Assembly (NCBI GenBank): GCA_046331705.1
Contig: JAXLQJ010000009.1
Coordinates: 124,001-188,000, forward strand
Direction: 5' to 3'
DNA: 64,000 bases
Origin: a bacterium
GTDB taxonomy: Bacteria > JADJOY01
Below are positions 1-9,927 of the stretch, in pieces; within the stretch, counting starts at the first letter, position 1; each line of letters starts with the position of its first letter. Made by a program: the position numbers and the translations under genes. The notes under the pieces were generated by a model, which was given only the letters and a program-made list of their open reading frames with translations, made no database searches and was not told the DNA's origin.

Positions 1-50
1 CGCCGCAGGGCGTCCAGCACCGCGCGCTCGGTCACGGCATCCGCGCTCAT
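1..50 (-). CDS. N-terminal fragment of a gene leaving the window (MSADAVTERAVLDALRR); resembles Mrp/ApbC or DUF59 N-termini
   Basis: ATG at 50 preceded by GGAG; only 17 codons visible. Confidence 0.4.
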   Translation of the reverse strand, partial: MSADAVTERAVLDALR

Positions 51-220
51 GTCTCCACTCTCCTGGAAGGAAATCGTCCCGTCGACGATCGAACGCGCAC
101 CATAACCTCCCGATCCGCGCGCGGCCTTGTTTCGCGTGTTTCACAAGCTGTAGGTTGCAGCGAGCGACGCTCCCGCGGCCCGCGCTGCAGCGCGGCACCG
201 CGGCGTCGCCGCCAGCGCCC

Positions 221-1600
221 ATGGCGACGGATCCCCAGCCCCAGCGCCGCCGGCGCGTGCTGATCGCCGGTGCGGCGGGACGCGACTTCCACGACTTCAA
301 CGTGGTGTTCCGGGACGATCCGGCCGTCGAGGTCGTCGCGTTCACGGCGGCGCAGATTCCCGGGATCGCCGGGCGCCGCTACCCCGCGAGCCTCGCCGGG
401 CCGCTCTATCCCGACGGTCTCCCCATCGAGGACGAGTCGCGGCTCGCCGAGCTCTGCCGCGAGCACGTCGTCGACGAGGTGATCTTCGCCTACAGCGACG
501 TCAGCCACGCCCACGTCATGCACGTGGCGTCGCGCGCGCTCGCTTCGGGCGCGGACTTCGGCCTGCTCGGCCCGCGCCGCACCCAGCTCGCGTCGCGGCG
601 GCCGGTCATCGCCGTGAGCGCCGTGCGCACGGGTTGCGGCAAGTCGCAGACCGCGCGCTGGCTCGGGAGGCGATTGCGCGCTCACGGGCTCGCGGTCGCG
701 GTGCTTCGCCATCCGATGCCCTACGGCGAGCTGGCGGCGGAGCGGGTGCAGCGCTTCGCCACCCCCGCCGACCTGGACGCCGCGCGTTGCACGCTGGAGG
801 AACGCGAGGAATACGAGCCCCACCTCGAGAACGGTCACGTGGTGTTCGCGGGAGTCGACTACGCGGCGATCCTGGCGGCCGCCGAGCGCGAGGCGCAGGT
901 CATCGTCTGGGACGGAGGCAACAACGATTTCCCGCTGGTCGCTCCGGATCTCCACGTGGTTCTCGCCGATGCCCTGCGGCCCGATCAGCTCACGACGCAC
1001 CACCCTGGCGAGGCGGTGGCACGGATGGCCGACGTGCTCGTGATCGCCAAGAGCGACGCCGCGGCGCCCGCCGACGTGGCACGGCTCGCGGCGGCGCTGG
1101 GCGAGCTTCGCCCCGCGGCCCCGATCGTGCGCGCCGCCTCGCCGGTGGTGCTCGCGGAATCCGAGCGCGCCCGCGGACGTCGCGTGATCGTCGTGGAGGA
1201 CGGCCCCACGCTCACCCACGGTGGCGCATCGTACGGCGCCGGCTACGTCGCGGCCCGCGCGTCCGGTGCCCTCGAGATCGTCGACCCGCGCGAGTCGGCC
1301 ACCCCGGCGGTGCGCGCGATCTTCGACCGTTACCCGCACATCGGCTGCGTGCTGCCGGCGGTCGGCTACGACGAGGCGCAGCGCGAGGCGCTGGCACGGA
1401 CCATCGCCCGCTCCCGCGCCGAGATCGTCGTCTCCGGCACGCCCATCGATCTCGCCGGCGTGATCCACGTACCGCAACCGGTGCTGCGCGCCCGTTACGA
1501 ATACGCCGACGCCGGCGAGCCCACCCTCGGCTCGTTCGTCGACGCCTTTCTGGAACGCGCGCGGGCGCGGATGGACGGCGCCGCGGAGGGATCGTGCTGA
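221..1600 (+). CDS. arcE: Arginine synthetase ArcE-like P-loop protein (cDPGS / predicted GTPase family)
   Basis: GAAGRDFHDFN, P-loop RTGCGKSQT, RHPMPYG, EEREEYE, WDGGNND, VEDGPTLTHG; directly upstream of OTC and carbamate kinase; ATG 221 chosen over ORF start 155. Confidence 0.75.
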   Translation: MATDPQPQRRRRVLIAGAAGRDFHDFNVVFRDDPAVEVVAFTAAQIPGIAGRRYPASLAGPLYPDGLPIEDESRLAELCREHVVDEVIFAYSDVSHAHVMHVASRALASGADFGLLGPRRTQLASRRPVIAVSAVRTGCGKSQTARWLGRRLRAHGLAVAVLRHPMPYGELAAERVQRFATPADLDAARCTLEEREEYEPHLENGHVVFAGVDYAAILAAAEREAQVIVWDGGNNDFPLVAPDLHVVLADALRPDQLTTHHPGEAVARMADVLVIAKSDAAAPADVARLAAALGELRPAAPIVRAASPVVLAESERARGRRVIVVEDGPTLTHGGASYGAGYVAARASGALEIVDPRESATPAVRAIFDRYPHIGCVLPAVGYDEAQREALARTIARSRAEIVVSGTPIDLAGVIHVPQPVLRARYEYADAGEPTLGSFVDAFLERARARMDGAAEGSC

Positions 1601-2535
1601 AGGATCTGTTGCGCAGCGCGGATCTCGCACCTTCGGACCTCGCGTACCTCCTCGAGCTCGCCCTCGCCTTCAAGGCCGCGCCGCGCCGGGCGGCACCGCT
1701 CGAGCGCGACACCGTGGTCCTCTACTTCAACAAGCCGTCCACCCGTACCCGCATCTCGTTCGAGACGGCGGTGGCCAGGCTCGGCGGCACGCCCATCGGA
1801 GTGGGCGCGAACGACCTCCAGCTCGGCCGCGGCGAGACCATCGAGGACACCGCGCGCGTCGTGAGCCGCTACGCCCGCGCCTTCGTGATCCGCACCTACT
1901 CCGACGACGACGTCCGTCGCTTCGCCACCGCGGCCACGATCCCGGTCGTCAACGCGCTGACCGACCTCCACCATCCGTGCCAGAGCCTCGCCGATCTGCT
2001 GACGTTGCACGAACGCTTTGGCTCGCTCCGAGGCCGGCGGCTCGCATACGTGGGCGCGGGGAACAACGTCGCGCACAGCTTGCTCGAGGCGGGCGCGTTG
2101 GCTGGGCTCGAGGTGCGTGTCGGCACGCCGGGGCGATACCCGCCGGACCCGGAGATCGTCCGCGAGGCGCGTCGCATCGCCGCGATCACCGGCGGCGCCA
2201 TCGTGGTCACCGAGGATGCCCAGGAAGCCGTCGCCAGCGCGGACGCCGTCTACACCGACGTGTGGATGTCGATGAACGATCCCGCCGCCGAACGAGCCGA
2301 GCGGCTCGCGGCGCTGGCGCCGTTCCAAGTCGACGCCGCGCTCCTCGAACGCGCCGCGCCCCACGCGATCTTCATGCATTGCCTTCCCGACCATCGCGGC
2401 GAAGAGGTCACGGCGGAGGTGGTCGACGGGCCGCGCTCGGTGGTCTTCGACCAGGCCGAGAACCGCCTCCACACCGCGATGGCGATCCTCGACGCGTTGC
2501 TCGCGGGTGCGCTCGAAGGGCGAGCGGCGCGCTGA
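1594..2535 (+). CDS. arcB: Ornithine carbamoyltransferase (probably catabolic)
   Basis: FNKPSTRT, HPCQ, DVWMSM, FMHCLP, QAENR; GTG 1594 overlaps the upstream stop. Confidence 0.93.
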   Translation: MLKDLLRSADLAPSDLAYLLELALAFKAAPRRAAPLERDTVVLYFNKPSTRTRISFETAVARLGGTPIGVGANDLQLGRGETIEDTARVVSRYARAFVIRTYSDDDVRRFATAATIPVVNALTDLHHPCQSLADLLTLHERFGSLRGRRLAYVGAGNNVAHSLLEAGALAGLEVRVGTPGRYPPDPEIVREARRIAAITGGAIVVTEDAQEAVASADAVYTDVWMSMNDPAAERAERLAALAPFQVDAALLERAAPHAIFMHCLPDHRGEEVTAEVVDGPRSVVFDQAENRLHTAMAILDALLAGALEGRAAR

Positions 2536-2544
2536 GCGGACGCG

Positions 2545-3447
2545 ATGCGACTGGTGGCGGCACTGGGCGGCAACGCGCTCGCGCGGCGCGGTGAGCCGCT
2601 CGAGGTGCCGCTGCAGCGCGCTCACGTGCGCGACGCAGCGCGCGCGTTGGCGCCGCTGGCCCGCGCCCACCAGCTGGTGGTGACCCACGGCAACGGCCCG
2701 CAAGTGGGCCTGCTCGCGCTGCAGGCGCGCGCCGCGGTGGAATCGCGGGACTGGCCGCTCGACGTGCTGAGCGCCGAGAGCGAGGGGCTGATCGGATACC
2801 TGATCGAGCAGGAGCTCGCCGCGGTGCTGCCCGATCGCGAGATCGCGACGTTGCTCACGCTGGTGGAGGTCGAGCGCGACGACCCGGCCTTCGCGCACCC
2901 CACCAAACCGATCGGGCCGGGCTACGACGAAGCGGAAGCCGCGCGGCTGGCGGAGCGTTACGGCTTCGCGCTCGCGCGCGACGGCGAGCACTTTCGGCGC
3001 GTGGTCGCCTCGCCCGAGCCGCGGCGGATCCGCGAGCTGGGGACGATCCGGCTGCTGCTCGAGGCGGGCGTCATCGTGGTGTGCACCGGTGGCGGCGGCA
3101 TCCCGGTCGCGGTGACCGCGAGCGGCGGGCTCGAGGGAGTCGAGGCGGTGATCGACAAGGACCTGTCCGCGGCGTTGCTCGCGCAGGGCCTCGACGCCGA
3201 CGCGCTGCTGCTGCTCACCGACGTCGATGCGGTCTACGACGACTGGGAGGGCGCGCGCCGCACGCCGCTCGGCTCGGTCCGCGCCGCCGAGCTGCGCGCG
3301 CGGCGCTACGCGGAGGGCTCCATGGCACCCAAGGTCGAAGCGGTGTGCCGCTTCGTCGAGCGCACCGGCCGATGGGCCGCGATCGGCGCCCTCGAGAGCG
3401 CGGAGGCGATCCTCGCCGGCCGCGCCGGCACCCGCGTCATCCCCTGA
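2545..3447 (+). CDS. arcC: Carbamate kinase
   Basis: ALGGNAL, THGNGPQVG, PTKPIG, RRVVASPEP, GGGGIPV, EAVIDKD, GSMAPKV. Confidence 0.95.
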   Translation: MRLVAALGGNALARRGEPLEVPLQRAHVRDAARALAPLARAHQLVVTHGNGPQVGLLALQARAAVESRDWPLDVLSAESEGLIGYLIEQELAAVLPDREIATLLTLVEVERDDPAFAHPTKPIGPGYDEAEAARLAERYGFALARDGEHFRRVVASPEPRRIRELGTIRLLLEAGVIVVCTGGGGIPVAVTASGGLEGVEAVIDKDLSAALLAQGLDADALLLLTDVDAVYDDWEGARRTPLGSVRAAELRARRYAEGSMAPKVEAVCRFVERTGRWAAIGALESAEAILAGRAGTRVIP

Positions 3448-4510
3448 CGGGGCGCTTCGCGAGATACGGGGACGTCATGGCGGCGAGCAAGGCCGCGTAG
3501 CTCGGGACGAACGCCAGGAAATCGCCGACCTTCACCGGCGGCGCGATCGCCGTCACGTCCACGATCAGGTAATCGCTCGACGCGCCCAGCACACGCGCCC
3601 GCGAATCGACCGGTGTGAGCCCTTCCGGGTCGACGTCCTCGCGACCGATGTCGAGGAGCGCGCGGATCCGGTCGCCGGCGTCGACGAAATGGGGCACGTG
3701 GCCGAACGCGTCTTGCGCCGGCTCGCCGATCGGCAGCGACGGCTTCTCCTTCAGCTCGATCACCTCGGCCTGGATCTCGAACGCGTCCTGCGACGTGCCC
3801 GGCCAGGCGCGGCGATGAAGCGTCTCCCTGCCGAGCAAGATCGCCTCGCCGACGCGGAGGTGGTTGATGCGCGCCGGCATCCCGCCGGCGGCGATCAGCT
3901 CGAGGGCGCTCGAGTTGCCACCCGACACGTACGTCAGCGCGAGCCCGAAGGTCCGCTCCACCTCGTCCGCGAGTGCCACGAGCCGCGCCATGTTCTCGCG
4001 GGTCGGCGCGACTCCGCCGAAGCACGTCAGGTTGGCCCCCACGCCGACGATTCGCACCCCGGCGAGCTGCAGCGCCTCTCGCGTGAACCGCGTCAGGTCG
4101 TCGGGCCAGATCCCCTCGCGCAGGTCACCGAGGTCCACCATCAGCACCACGTCGTGGCGCCGCCCCCGCCGCAGCGCCGCCGCCGACAACCCGGCGAGCA
4201 CGTCCAGCTCGGAGTCGAGGCTCACGTCGACGGCATCCACGACGTGCTCCACCGCGGAGAGCGGCGGCACGCGCAGCAGCAGGAATCGCGCGCGGACACC
4301 AGCGCGGCGCAACCGCAGCACGTTCTCGAGGCGCGACTCACCGATCTCGACCACCCCACCGCTCAGCATCGCCCGGGCCACGTCGGGATCGCCGCAGGTG
4401 CACTTGGTGACTCCCGCGACGGAGATCCCCCGGCGCGCGCAGTCCGCGACGATGGCGCGCGCGTTGGCCTCGATCTTGGCGAGATCGAAGCGCACGAAGG
4501 GCTCAGCCAT
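3437..4510 (-). CDS. orr: Ornithine racemase (alanine racemase-fold, PLP)
   Basis: GVTK (PLP Lys), DLGDLREG, SGGNSS, RVGEAILLG, GASSDY; last gene of the ord-ora operon. Confidence 0.85.
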   Translation of the reverse strand: MAEPFVRFDLAKIEANARAIVADCARRGISVAGVTKCTCGDPDVARAMLSGGVVEIGESRLENVLRLRRAGVRARFLLLRVPPLSAVEHVVDAVDVSLDSELDVLAGLSAAALRRGRRHDVVLMVDLGDLREGIWPDDLTRFTREALQLAGVRIVGVGANLTCFGGVAPTRENMARLVALADEVERTFGLALTYVSGGNSSALELIAAGGMPARINHLRVGEAILLGRETLHRRAWPGTSQDAFEIQAEVIELKEKPSLPIGEPAQDAFGHVPHFVDAGDRIRALLDIGREDVDPEGLTPVDSRARVLGASSDYLIVDVTAIAPPVKVGDFLAFVPSYAALLAAMTSPYLAKRPVRG

Positions 4511-5888
4511 CGCGCGCTCCGCTGGCGACGGCCGCGCTCACGCCCAGGCTCTCGAGCACCAGCGCGCGGGCGGCCTCCGGATGGTGGGTGGCCATCACCC
4601 CCGCGGCCGCCATCACGTAGTGGCGATCGATCGCCACGCGCACGTCCTCGGGCGGCAACCGTTTTCGGCCGCGTGGATCACGACGAAACGCCGCGAGGGT
4701 CTCGGCGCCACCGTCGAGACGCGTGAGCGCTCCGCCCGTTCCGACGAGCCACCGCGCGGAGCTCAGGTCGCGCCCCTCGATCACCTCGACGGCGCCGCGC
4801 GCACCCCACTCCGTCCGGCGCTCGCCGGCATGCCGCCAGAGCGCCTCGTCGACGGCGATTCGCGTGAGGCGCTTTGCGAGCACACGCTCGATGGGCGTCG
4901 TGGGGAGCGCCGCGAGCGCCGTCAGCTCGAAGCGCTCGGCGGGCGCCGCCGCCACCGTGCCCGCAGCGCTGACGAACACGCCCAGATCGCCTTCGACGGT
5001 GCGCTTCGCACGCGGCTCGGGCGCCGCGGCGACCACGCCCGGCGGCCGGGGCGCGTCGTCGATCACCGAGCACACGTCGGTGGTTGCGCCGCCGACGTCG
5101 ACCACGACCAGATCGCCGAGCACCGCGGCGAGGAGCTCGGTGGCCGCGAGCACCGCCGCGGGAGTCGGCACCAGATCCCCGCCGAGCCGCGCGCGCACGG
5201 CATCCATGCCCGGCGCCAGGATCACGTGACGCGCGAACAGGTCCTGGATGGCGCGGCGGGCCGGCCCCATCTCCAGCCGGTCCAGGCTCGGGTAGACGTT
5301 CTCGGTCACGATCAGGTTCACACCGGATTCCGCGAAGATCTTCTCCACCGTGCCGCGCACCGCACGGTTGCCCGCGAACACCACCGGCGCGAACGCGCCG
5401 AGCGAGGCCAGCGCCCGCGCGTTGGCGATCACCTGATCGCGCTCGCCGCCGTCCACACCGCCCGCAAGCAGGATCACGCTCGGCCGCTGGCGCGCGATCG
5501 CAGCGAGATCGTCGGCATCCAAGGCACCCGCGGTGGCGAGGACCACCCGCGCGCCCGCGCCGAGCGAGGCCTCCCGCGCGGCGCGCAAGGTCATGTCCGT
5601 GGTCAGCCCGTGGACCGTCATCCGGAGCCCACCCGCTGCCGACGCGCAGGCCAAGAGGGGCGCACCACGGACGTCGATGCCCTCGTCGTCGAAGCCCGCG
5701 ATCGCGCGGTCGAGACCCACACCCACGTCGCCCTCGGCCACCGTCGTTGCCGCCGCGGCTTGGCCGAGGAACCGCACGTTCGCGCCGCGCTCGACGCCGA
5801 AGAAGGCGCTCACCTTGGTGAGGGTGCTGCCGATGTCGGCCACCAGCAGCTCGGCGCGCGAGCGAGCATCGGGTAGCGACGTTTCCAT
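4503..5888 (-). CDS. GlmL/MutL-like ASKHA ATPase, putative reactivating factor of the B12 aminomutase
   Basis: ADIGSTLTK, SAAGGLRM, AGGVDGG, DVGGATTDV, KRTVEGDLG; lies between oraE and orr as in clostridial ornithine clusters. Confidence 0.85.
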   Translation of the reverse strand: METSLPDARSRAELLVADIGSTLTKVSAFFGVERGANVRFLGQAAAATTVAEGDVGVGLDRAIAGFDDEGIDVRGAPLLACASAAGGLRMTVHGLTTDMTLRAAREASLGAGARVVLATAGALDADDLAAIARQRPSVILLAGGVDGGERDQVIANARALASLGAFAPVVFAGNRAVRGTVEKIFAESGVNLIVTENVYPSLDRLEMGPARRAIQDLFARHVILAPGMDAVRARLGGDLVPTPAAVLAATELLAAVLGDLVVVDVGGATTDVCSVIDDAPRPPGVVAAAPEPRAKRTVEGDLGVFVSAAGTVAAAPAERFELTALAALPTTPIERVLAKRLTRIAVDEALWRHAGERRTEWGARGAVEVIEGRDLSSARWLVGTGGALTRLDGGAETLAAFRRDPRGRKRLPPEDVRVAIDRHYVMAAAGVMATHHPEAARALVLESLGVSAAVASGARDG

Positions 5889-5903
5889 CACGTTTCACCG
5901 CAA

Positions 5904-5929
5904 GCTCGATCGGTCCTGACCGATCGAGC
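5904..5929. terminator. Perfect inverted repeat between oraE and the reactivase gene
   Basis: GCTCGATCGGTC-ct-GACCGATCGAGC; only TT follows on the minus strand. Confidence 0.45.
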
Positions 5930-5965
5930 CGAGCGCCCGCGGCGAGTTGCTCCGCGGCGCGCTGC

Positions 5966-8164
5966 TCACCCCCGCGTCTCCCGCGCCCGCAACGAGCGCA
6001 CCACGAAGCTCGCCACCTCGTGCCCGCGCGTGCCGCGACCGAAACCCGCGTCCATGCCAGCCCCGCGCGCCAGCTCGTCGCTGACCTGCGTGCCGCCCGC
6101 GACCAGCAACAAGCGCGCGCGCAGCCCGCGTTCCACGGCGAGATCCGCGAGGCGCCGCATCTCGCGCCGGTGGACTTCGCCGTGGCTCAAGATCGTCGAC
6201 ACCAGCACCGCGCACGCGCGGGTCTCGACCGCCGCATCGAGCAGCTTGCCCACCGGCACCGAGGTACCGAGGTCGTGACACCGGAATCCGAAACGCTCCA
6301 GGCCGCCGTGCTTGATGTCGAGGATCTCGCGCAATCCCACCGAGTGCTCGTCCTGGCCCACCGTGCCGCCGACCACCACCAGCGAGCGCGCCCGGACGAA
6401 CGATTCGATCTCCCGCGCATCCAAGAGCATCGGCCGCTCGGGCAGGCGCAGCTCGCCGCGCTTCACTGCGAAGCGCAATCGGCCCTTGATCTCGAACACG
6501 CTCCCTTCGGCGGGATGGAGCACGCGTCTGCTGAGCACCGCGGCCCCTTCGAGCCCCATGCGCTCCACCATCGCGAGCGCGGCCGCCTCGGCCAGCTCCG
6601 GTGCTTCGGGAACGAGCACCGTCACGCATACCACCGAGTCGTTCGCGTGCTCGACCTCGGGGCGAATCTCTCCTCGCGCTCGATCCGCCCGTACCGCCGC
6701 CAAGCGCCGCGTGACGCAATCGCCATCGTCGAGCTCGTCCAGGTACTGGATGCGCTCGGGGTTGCAGAGCGTGCAGCCGCCGTAGTCGCTGCACGCACCG
6801 GCGGGGTAGACGTTGTCGCCGAAGTGGCTGCACACGGGCGCGCCGTAGCCCGGATCGCGACGCACCACCGTGCCGGCGCCGACGCCGCGCCCGGGCTCGC
6901 GCACGATGCCGTCTCCCCGGCGTTCGGGAAAGAAGCCCGAGTCCACGAACTCGCCGCGCGCCACCGCCGCCGGATAGCCGCCCGCGCGCTCGATCTCCTC
7001 GAGAAACAGCACGGCGCGCTCGATCAGCTCGCGCGCGGTGACGCCCAGCGGGCCGTCGCGGCGGATCGTCACCAGCTCGCTCAGCCCATCGAGCCCGATG
7101 AGGGTCTGACGCGTGGCGTCCACCGCCGCGACGGTGTTCAGGTGCCACGGCACGTTCCGCCCTTCGTCGGGCGTGATGGTGCTCTGCACGTCCGCGGAGG
7201 TGAGCCGCGACACGAGCGTGTCGAGGACGTGGGTGACGGTCGCTTCCGCGGTATCGGCCTCGATGTAGCGGGTGTTCTGCTGGGCGCGAAAGCGAAAGCC
7301 GTGGAAGAGCTCGCGCAGCGCCACCGCGTACGGCAGATCGAGGCGCAACTTCGGCGCCGGCGGCGCGGTCGGCGGCACCGTCGAGAGCGCGATGCGCTCG
7401 CGTGGCAAGCCCGCCGCCAGCGAGAACGCGGCATTCACGGCGTGCTGCACGAAGAGCTCGGGCGTGACCTTCCACGCCTCCTTGGCGGTGGCGTTGGCGT
7501 TGTGGGCGCCGTCGATCTGCAAGAGCCCGCCGTCGGCGAGGATGCGCTTGGATTCGGCGGCGTCCACGAACGAGCGGCGGAGATCGATGTTGCGGTAGAG
7601 CACGTTGTACTGGGGGTCTTGGTGCGCGCCCGCCACGCCCTCCTCGACGAACAGCACCGCCATCTCCGGTCCGGCGAGCCCGCTCACGTACGAGTGCAGA
7701 TTCAGGGGTCGACCCACCTCGTCCTCGATCCAGTCGAGCGCCTTGCGCGTGGCGCGAAGCTGCTTGCGCGTGATCGGCACGCCGCCCACGCCTTCCGGCG
7801 TGCCTTCGAGGAGGCCGTCGACGTGGGACTGGCCGGCGGTCCGAATCACCATGAGGTGGTCCGCGCCGTGCCACGCGGCCATGCGCATCCGGCGCAGGTC
7901 GTCCTCGAAGCGACCGGACGCGATCTCGGTGGTGAGCACCATCTCGCACTGCGGATCGACGTCGCCGAAATGGTGCGCGGCGGGCAACGGGATCGAGCGC
8001 GTGAGCGGCGCCGAGGTGTCGCGATACACGAAGGGACCGAGCCGCTGATCGGCGACTCGCACACGCCACGACCAGCCGCGGCGGCGTGGCCGATAGCTCG
8101 CCAGGTCGGCCAGCACCCGATCGAGATCGAGCTTCGCCTCGGGATCGAGCGGCGAAGCGCTCAT
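5966..8164 (-). CDS. oraE: D-ornithine 4,5-aminomutase beta subunit (AdoCbl and PLP dependent)
   Basis: EIASGRFEDD, AAWHGADH, HSYVSG, HQDPQYNVLYRN, TITPDEGRNVPW; base-off motif DEHSVG and PLP Lys in DIKHGG. Confidence 0.95.
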   Translation of the reverse strand: MSASPLDPEAKLDLDRVLADLASYRPRRRGWSWRVRVADQRLGPFVYRDTSAPLTRSIPLPAAHHFGDVDPQCEMVLTTEIASGRFEDDLRRMRMAAWHGADHLMVIRTAGQSHVDGLLEGTPEGVGGVPITRKQLRATRKALDWIEDEVGRPLNLHSYVSGLAGPEMAVLFVEEGVAGAHQDPQYNVLYRNIDLRRSFVDAAESKRILADGGLLQIDGAHNANATAKEAWKVTPELFVQHAVNAAFSLAAGLPRERIALSTVPPTAPPAPKLRLDLPYAVALRELFHGFRFRAQQNTRYIEADTAEATVTHVLDTLVSRLTSADVQSTITPDEGRNVPWHLNTVAAVDATRQTLIGLDGLSELVTIRRDGPLGVTARELIERAVLFLEEIERAGGYPAAVARGEFVDSGFFPERRGDGIVREPGRGVGAGTVVRRDPGYGAPVCSHFGDNVYPAGACSDYGGCTLCNPERIQYLDELDDGDCVTRRLAAVRADRARGEIRPEVEHANDSVVCVTVLVPEAPELAEAAALAMVERMGLEGAAVLSRRVLHPAEGSVFEIKGRLRFAVKRGELRLPERPMLLDAREIESFVRARSLVVVGGTVGQDEHSVGLREILDIKHGGLERFGFRCHDLGTSVPVGKLLDAAVETRACAVLVSTILSHGEVHRREMRRLADLAVERGLRARLLLVAGGTQVSDELARGAGMDAGFGRGTRGHEVASFVVRSLRARETRG

Positions 8165-8174
8165 GCGGCAGCGC

Positions 8175-8528
8175 TCATCGCGGCAGGTCCTCCCAGCCTT
8201 CGCCGCGGATCAGCGCGAGCCCCGCCTCGCGCACGGGGACACGCCACCGGCGCGCCGCCTCGAGCACCCAGCGACCGGCGCCGCCCGCGAGCCGCTCGCG
8301 CGCAGTCATCTGCTCGACGAGGGCCTTCGCCTCCACGCTCGAAAACCCCATGCGCAGGAGCACGGAACGCTCGACCGCGGGCGTGGTGTGGGTGCGTGCC
8401 TCGGCGATCAAGGGCTCGACCAGCCGCTCGACGAGATCCCAGAAGCGCGCGTGCAGCTCCGCGTCGCCGAGCGCGGCCAGGTGCGCACGCCGAATCGCGA
8501 AATCGTCTTCACGCACCGGCGAGCCCAT
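8175..8528 (-). CDS. oraS: D-ornithine 4,5-aminomutase alpha subunit
   Basis: REDDF..RR.HL, RFW.L, HTTPAVERSVLLRMGFSSVEAK; immediately upstream of oraE. Confidence 0.93.
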   Translation of the reverse strand: MGSPVREDDFAIRRAHLAALGDAELHARFWDLVERLVEPLIAEARTHTTPAVERSVLLRMGFSSVEAKALVEQMTARERLAGGAGRWVLEAARRWRVPVREAGLALIRGEGWEDLPR

Positions 8529-9927
8529 GGAGCACCTCCTTCACGCGCTCGGGCGAGAGCCGCGTGTCCTCGGCGAGAAACATCCAATCCGCTTCGCTGA
8601 GTCGGTCGAGCGAGCCCACCACCGACAGCAGCTTGTCGAGATAGAGCCGACGCACCTCGTCGAGATCCAGATCCACCACGGCGAGCTGTGCGGGATGCTC
8701 GGGGATGACGATCGACTCGCCGGGTTTGCTGGTGCGTGGATCGCCACGCTCGATGCGGATGCCGTGCGCGGCGGCGAAGCCAAGCTGCGCCAGCGGGTGC
8801 TTGCCAGCCCCGGTGTACTCGGTCTCCTGCACCACCACGATCGCGTCCGCCGGCAGCTCGCGCGCGATCGCGAAGGCCGCCGCGAGCGAGGTATTGCCCG
8901 CGGGGCCCCGTTCCAATCCCTCGAGCTCGGCCAGGAGCTGCGTCACGTAGAACACTTCCCCCTGCGTGACGGTCACGAAGCGATCGAGATAGCGCAGCGG
9001 ACGGGCGGCGTTGCGCGGCACGTCGGTGCGATCGGGCCAGGTGGTGAACGGCATCGAGAAGCCGGTGTGACCGGTGGTGAACGACTTGCGATTGAAGTCG
9101 CGGTCGGACGCCATGTGCAACCCGGCGAGATCGACGCTCGCGCCGACCACCTGCGTCGCATGCGCGCCAGCCCGTCGCAGCCCGCGCGCGGTGCCGGTCA
9201 CGTTGCCACCGCCCGCGTGGGTCGCGATGACAACGTCCGGGAATCGCCCCCAGCGCGCGCGGGTCTCGGTGGCGATCTCGTCGCCCAGGGTCTCGATCCC
9301 CAGGATCGAGTAGGGCGTGTAGAGCGACGCGTCGAAGAAGCCGGTCTCGTCGAGCACCCGAAGGAACACGTAGAAGAGCTCCGGTCCGACGGAAAGACGC
9401 AGCACCTCGGCGCCATAGGCCTCGCAGGCGCGGGTCTTCTCGGCGATCTCGGGCTGCGCCACGCCGCGGCTGTCGAAGGCTTCCTGCACCACGATGCACG
9501 CGAGCCCGCGCTTGGCCGCTTGCGATGCCACCGCCGCGCCGTAATTGCCGCTGGTCGCGGCCACCACGCCGGCGAAGCCGCGCTCGGCGGCGTGGTGCAC
9601 CGAGACCGACGCGCGCCGGTCCTTGAACGAACCAGATGGATTGCGCGCCTCGTCCTTCACCACGATTCGCGCGCCGTGGCCCGGCGCGGCGAGCGAACGC
9701 GCCAGCGCGCTCAGGCGCGGCAGCTCGACCAGCGGGGTACGGCCGACCGCGGTCCGCGCCTGGATCTCCCGCACCGTCGCGAGGTCGTAGCCGGTGTCGG
9801 CGAGCAGTCGCTCGTAATCGAATGCCACGACACCGGTGGCGTAGCGCGCGTAGTCGATGCCCACCGCCCGGGCGACGATCGCATCCCGGCGCGCCAGCAC
9901 CGCGGCGTACGACGCGCCGTCGCTCAC
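8509..9927 (-). CDS. ortB: 2-amino-4-ketopentanoate thiolase beta subunit (PLP fold II)
   Basis: KDEARNPSGSFKDRRA, ATSGNYG, FNRKSFTTGHTG, ERGPAGNTSL, QETEYTGAGKH. Confidence 0.93.
   Translation of the reverse strand: MSDGASYAAVLARRDAIVARAVGIDYARYATGVVAFDYERLLADTGYDLATVREIQARTAVGRTPLVELPRLSALARSLAAPGHGARIVVKDEARNPSGSFKDRRASVSVHHAAERGFAGVVAATSGNYGAAVASQAAKRGLACIVVQEAFDSRGVAQPEIAEKTRACEAYGAEVLRLSVGPELFYVFLRVLDETGFFDASLYTPYSILGIETLGDEIATETRARWGRFPDVVIATHAGGGNVTGTARGLRRAGAHATQVVGASVDLAGLHMASDRDFNRKSFTTGHTGFSMPFTTWPDRTDVPRNAARPLRYLDRFVTVTQGEVFYVTQLLAELEGLERGPAGNTSLAAAFAIARELPADAIVVVQETEYTGAGKHPLAQLGFAAAHGIRIERGDPRTSKPGESIVIPEHPAQLAVVDLDLDEVRRLYLDKLLSVVGSLDRLSEADWMFLAEDTRLSPERVKEVLHGLAGA

Noticed and set aside
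221-1600. Cyclic 2,3-diphosphoglycerate synthetase
   Set aside because: No 2-phosphoglycerate kinase nearby; OTC and carbamate kinase context favours ArcE
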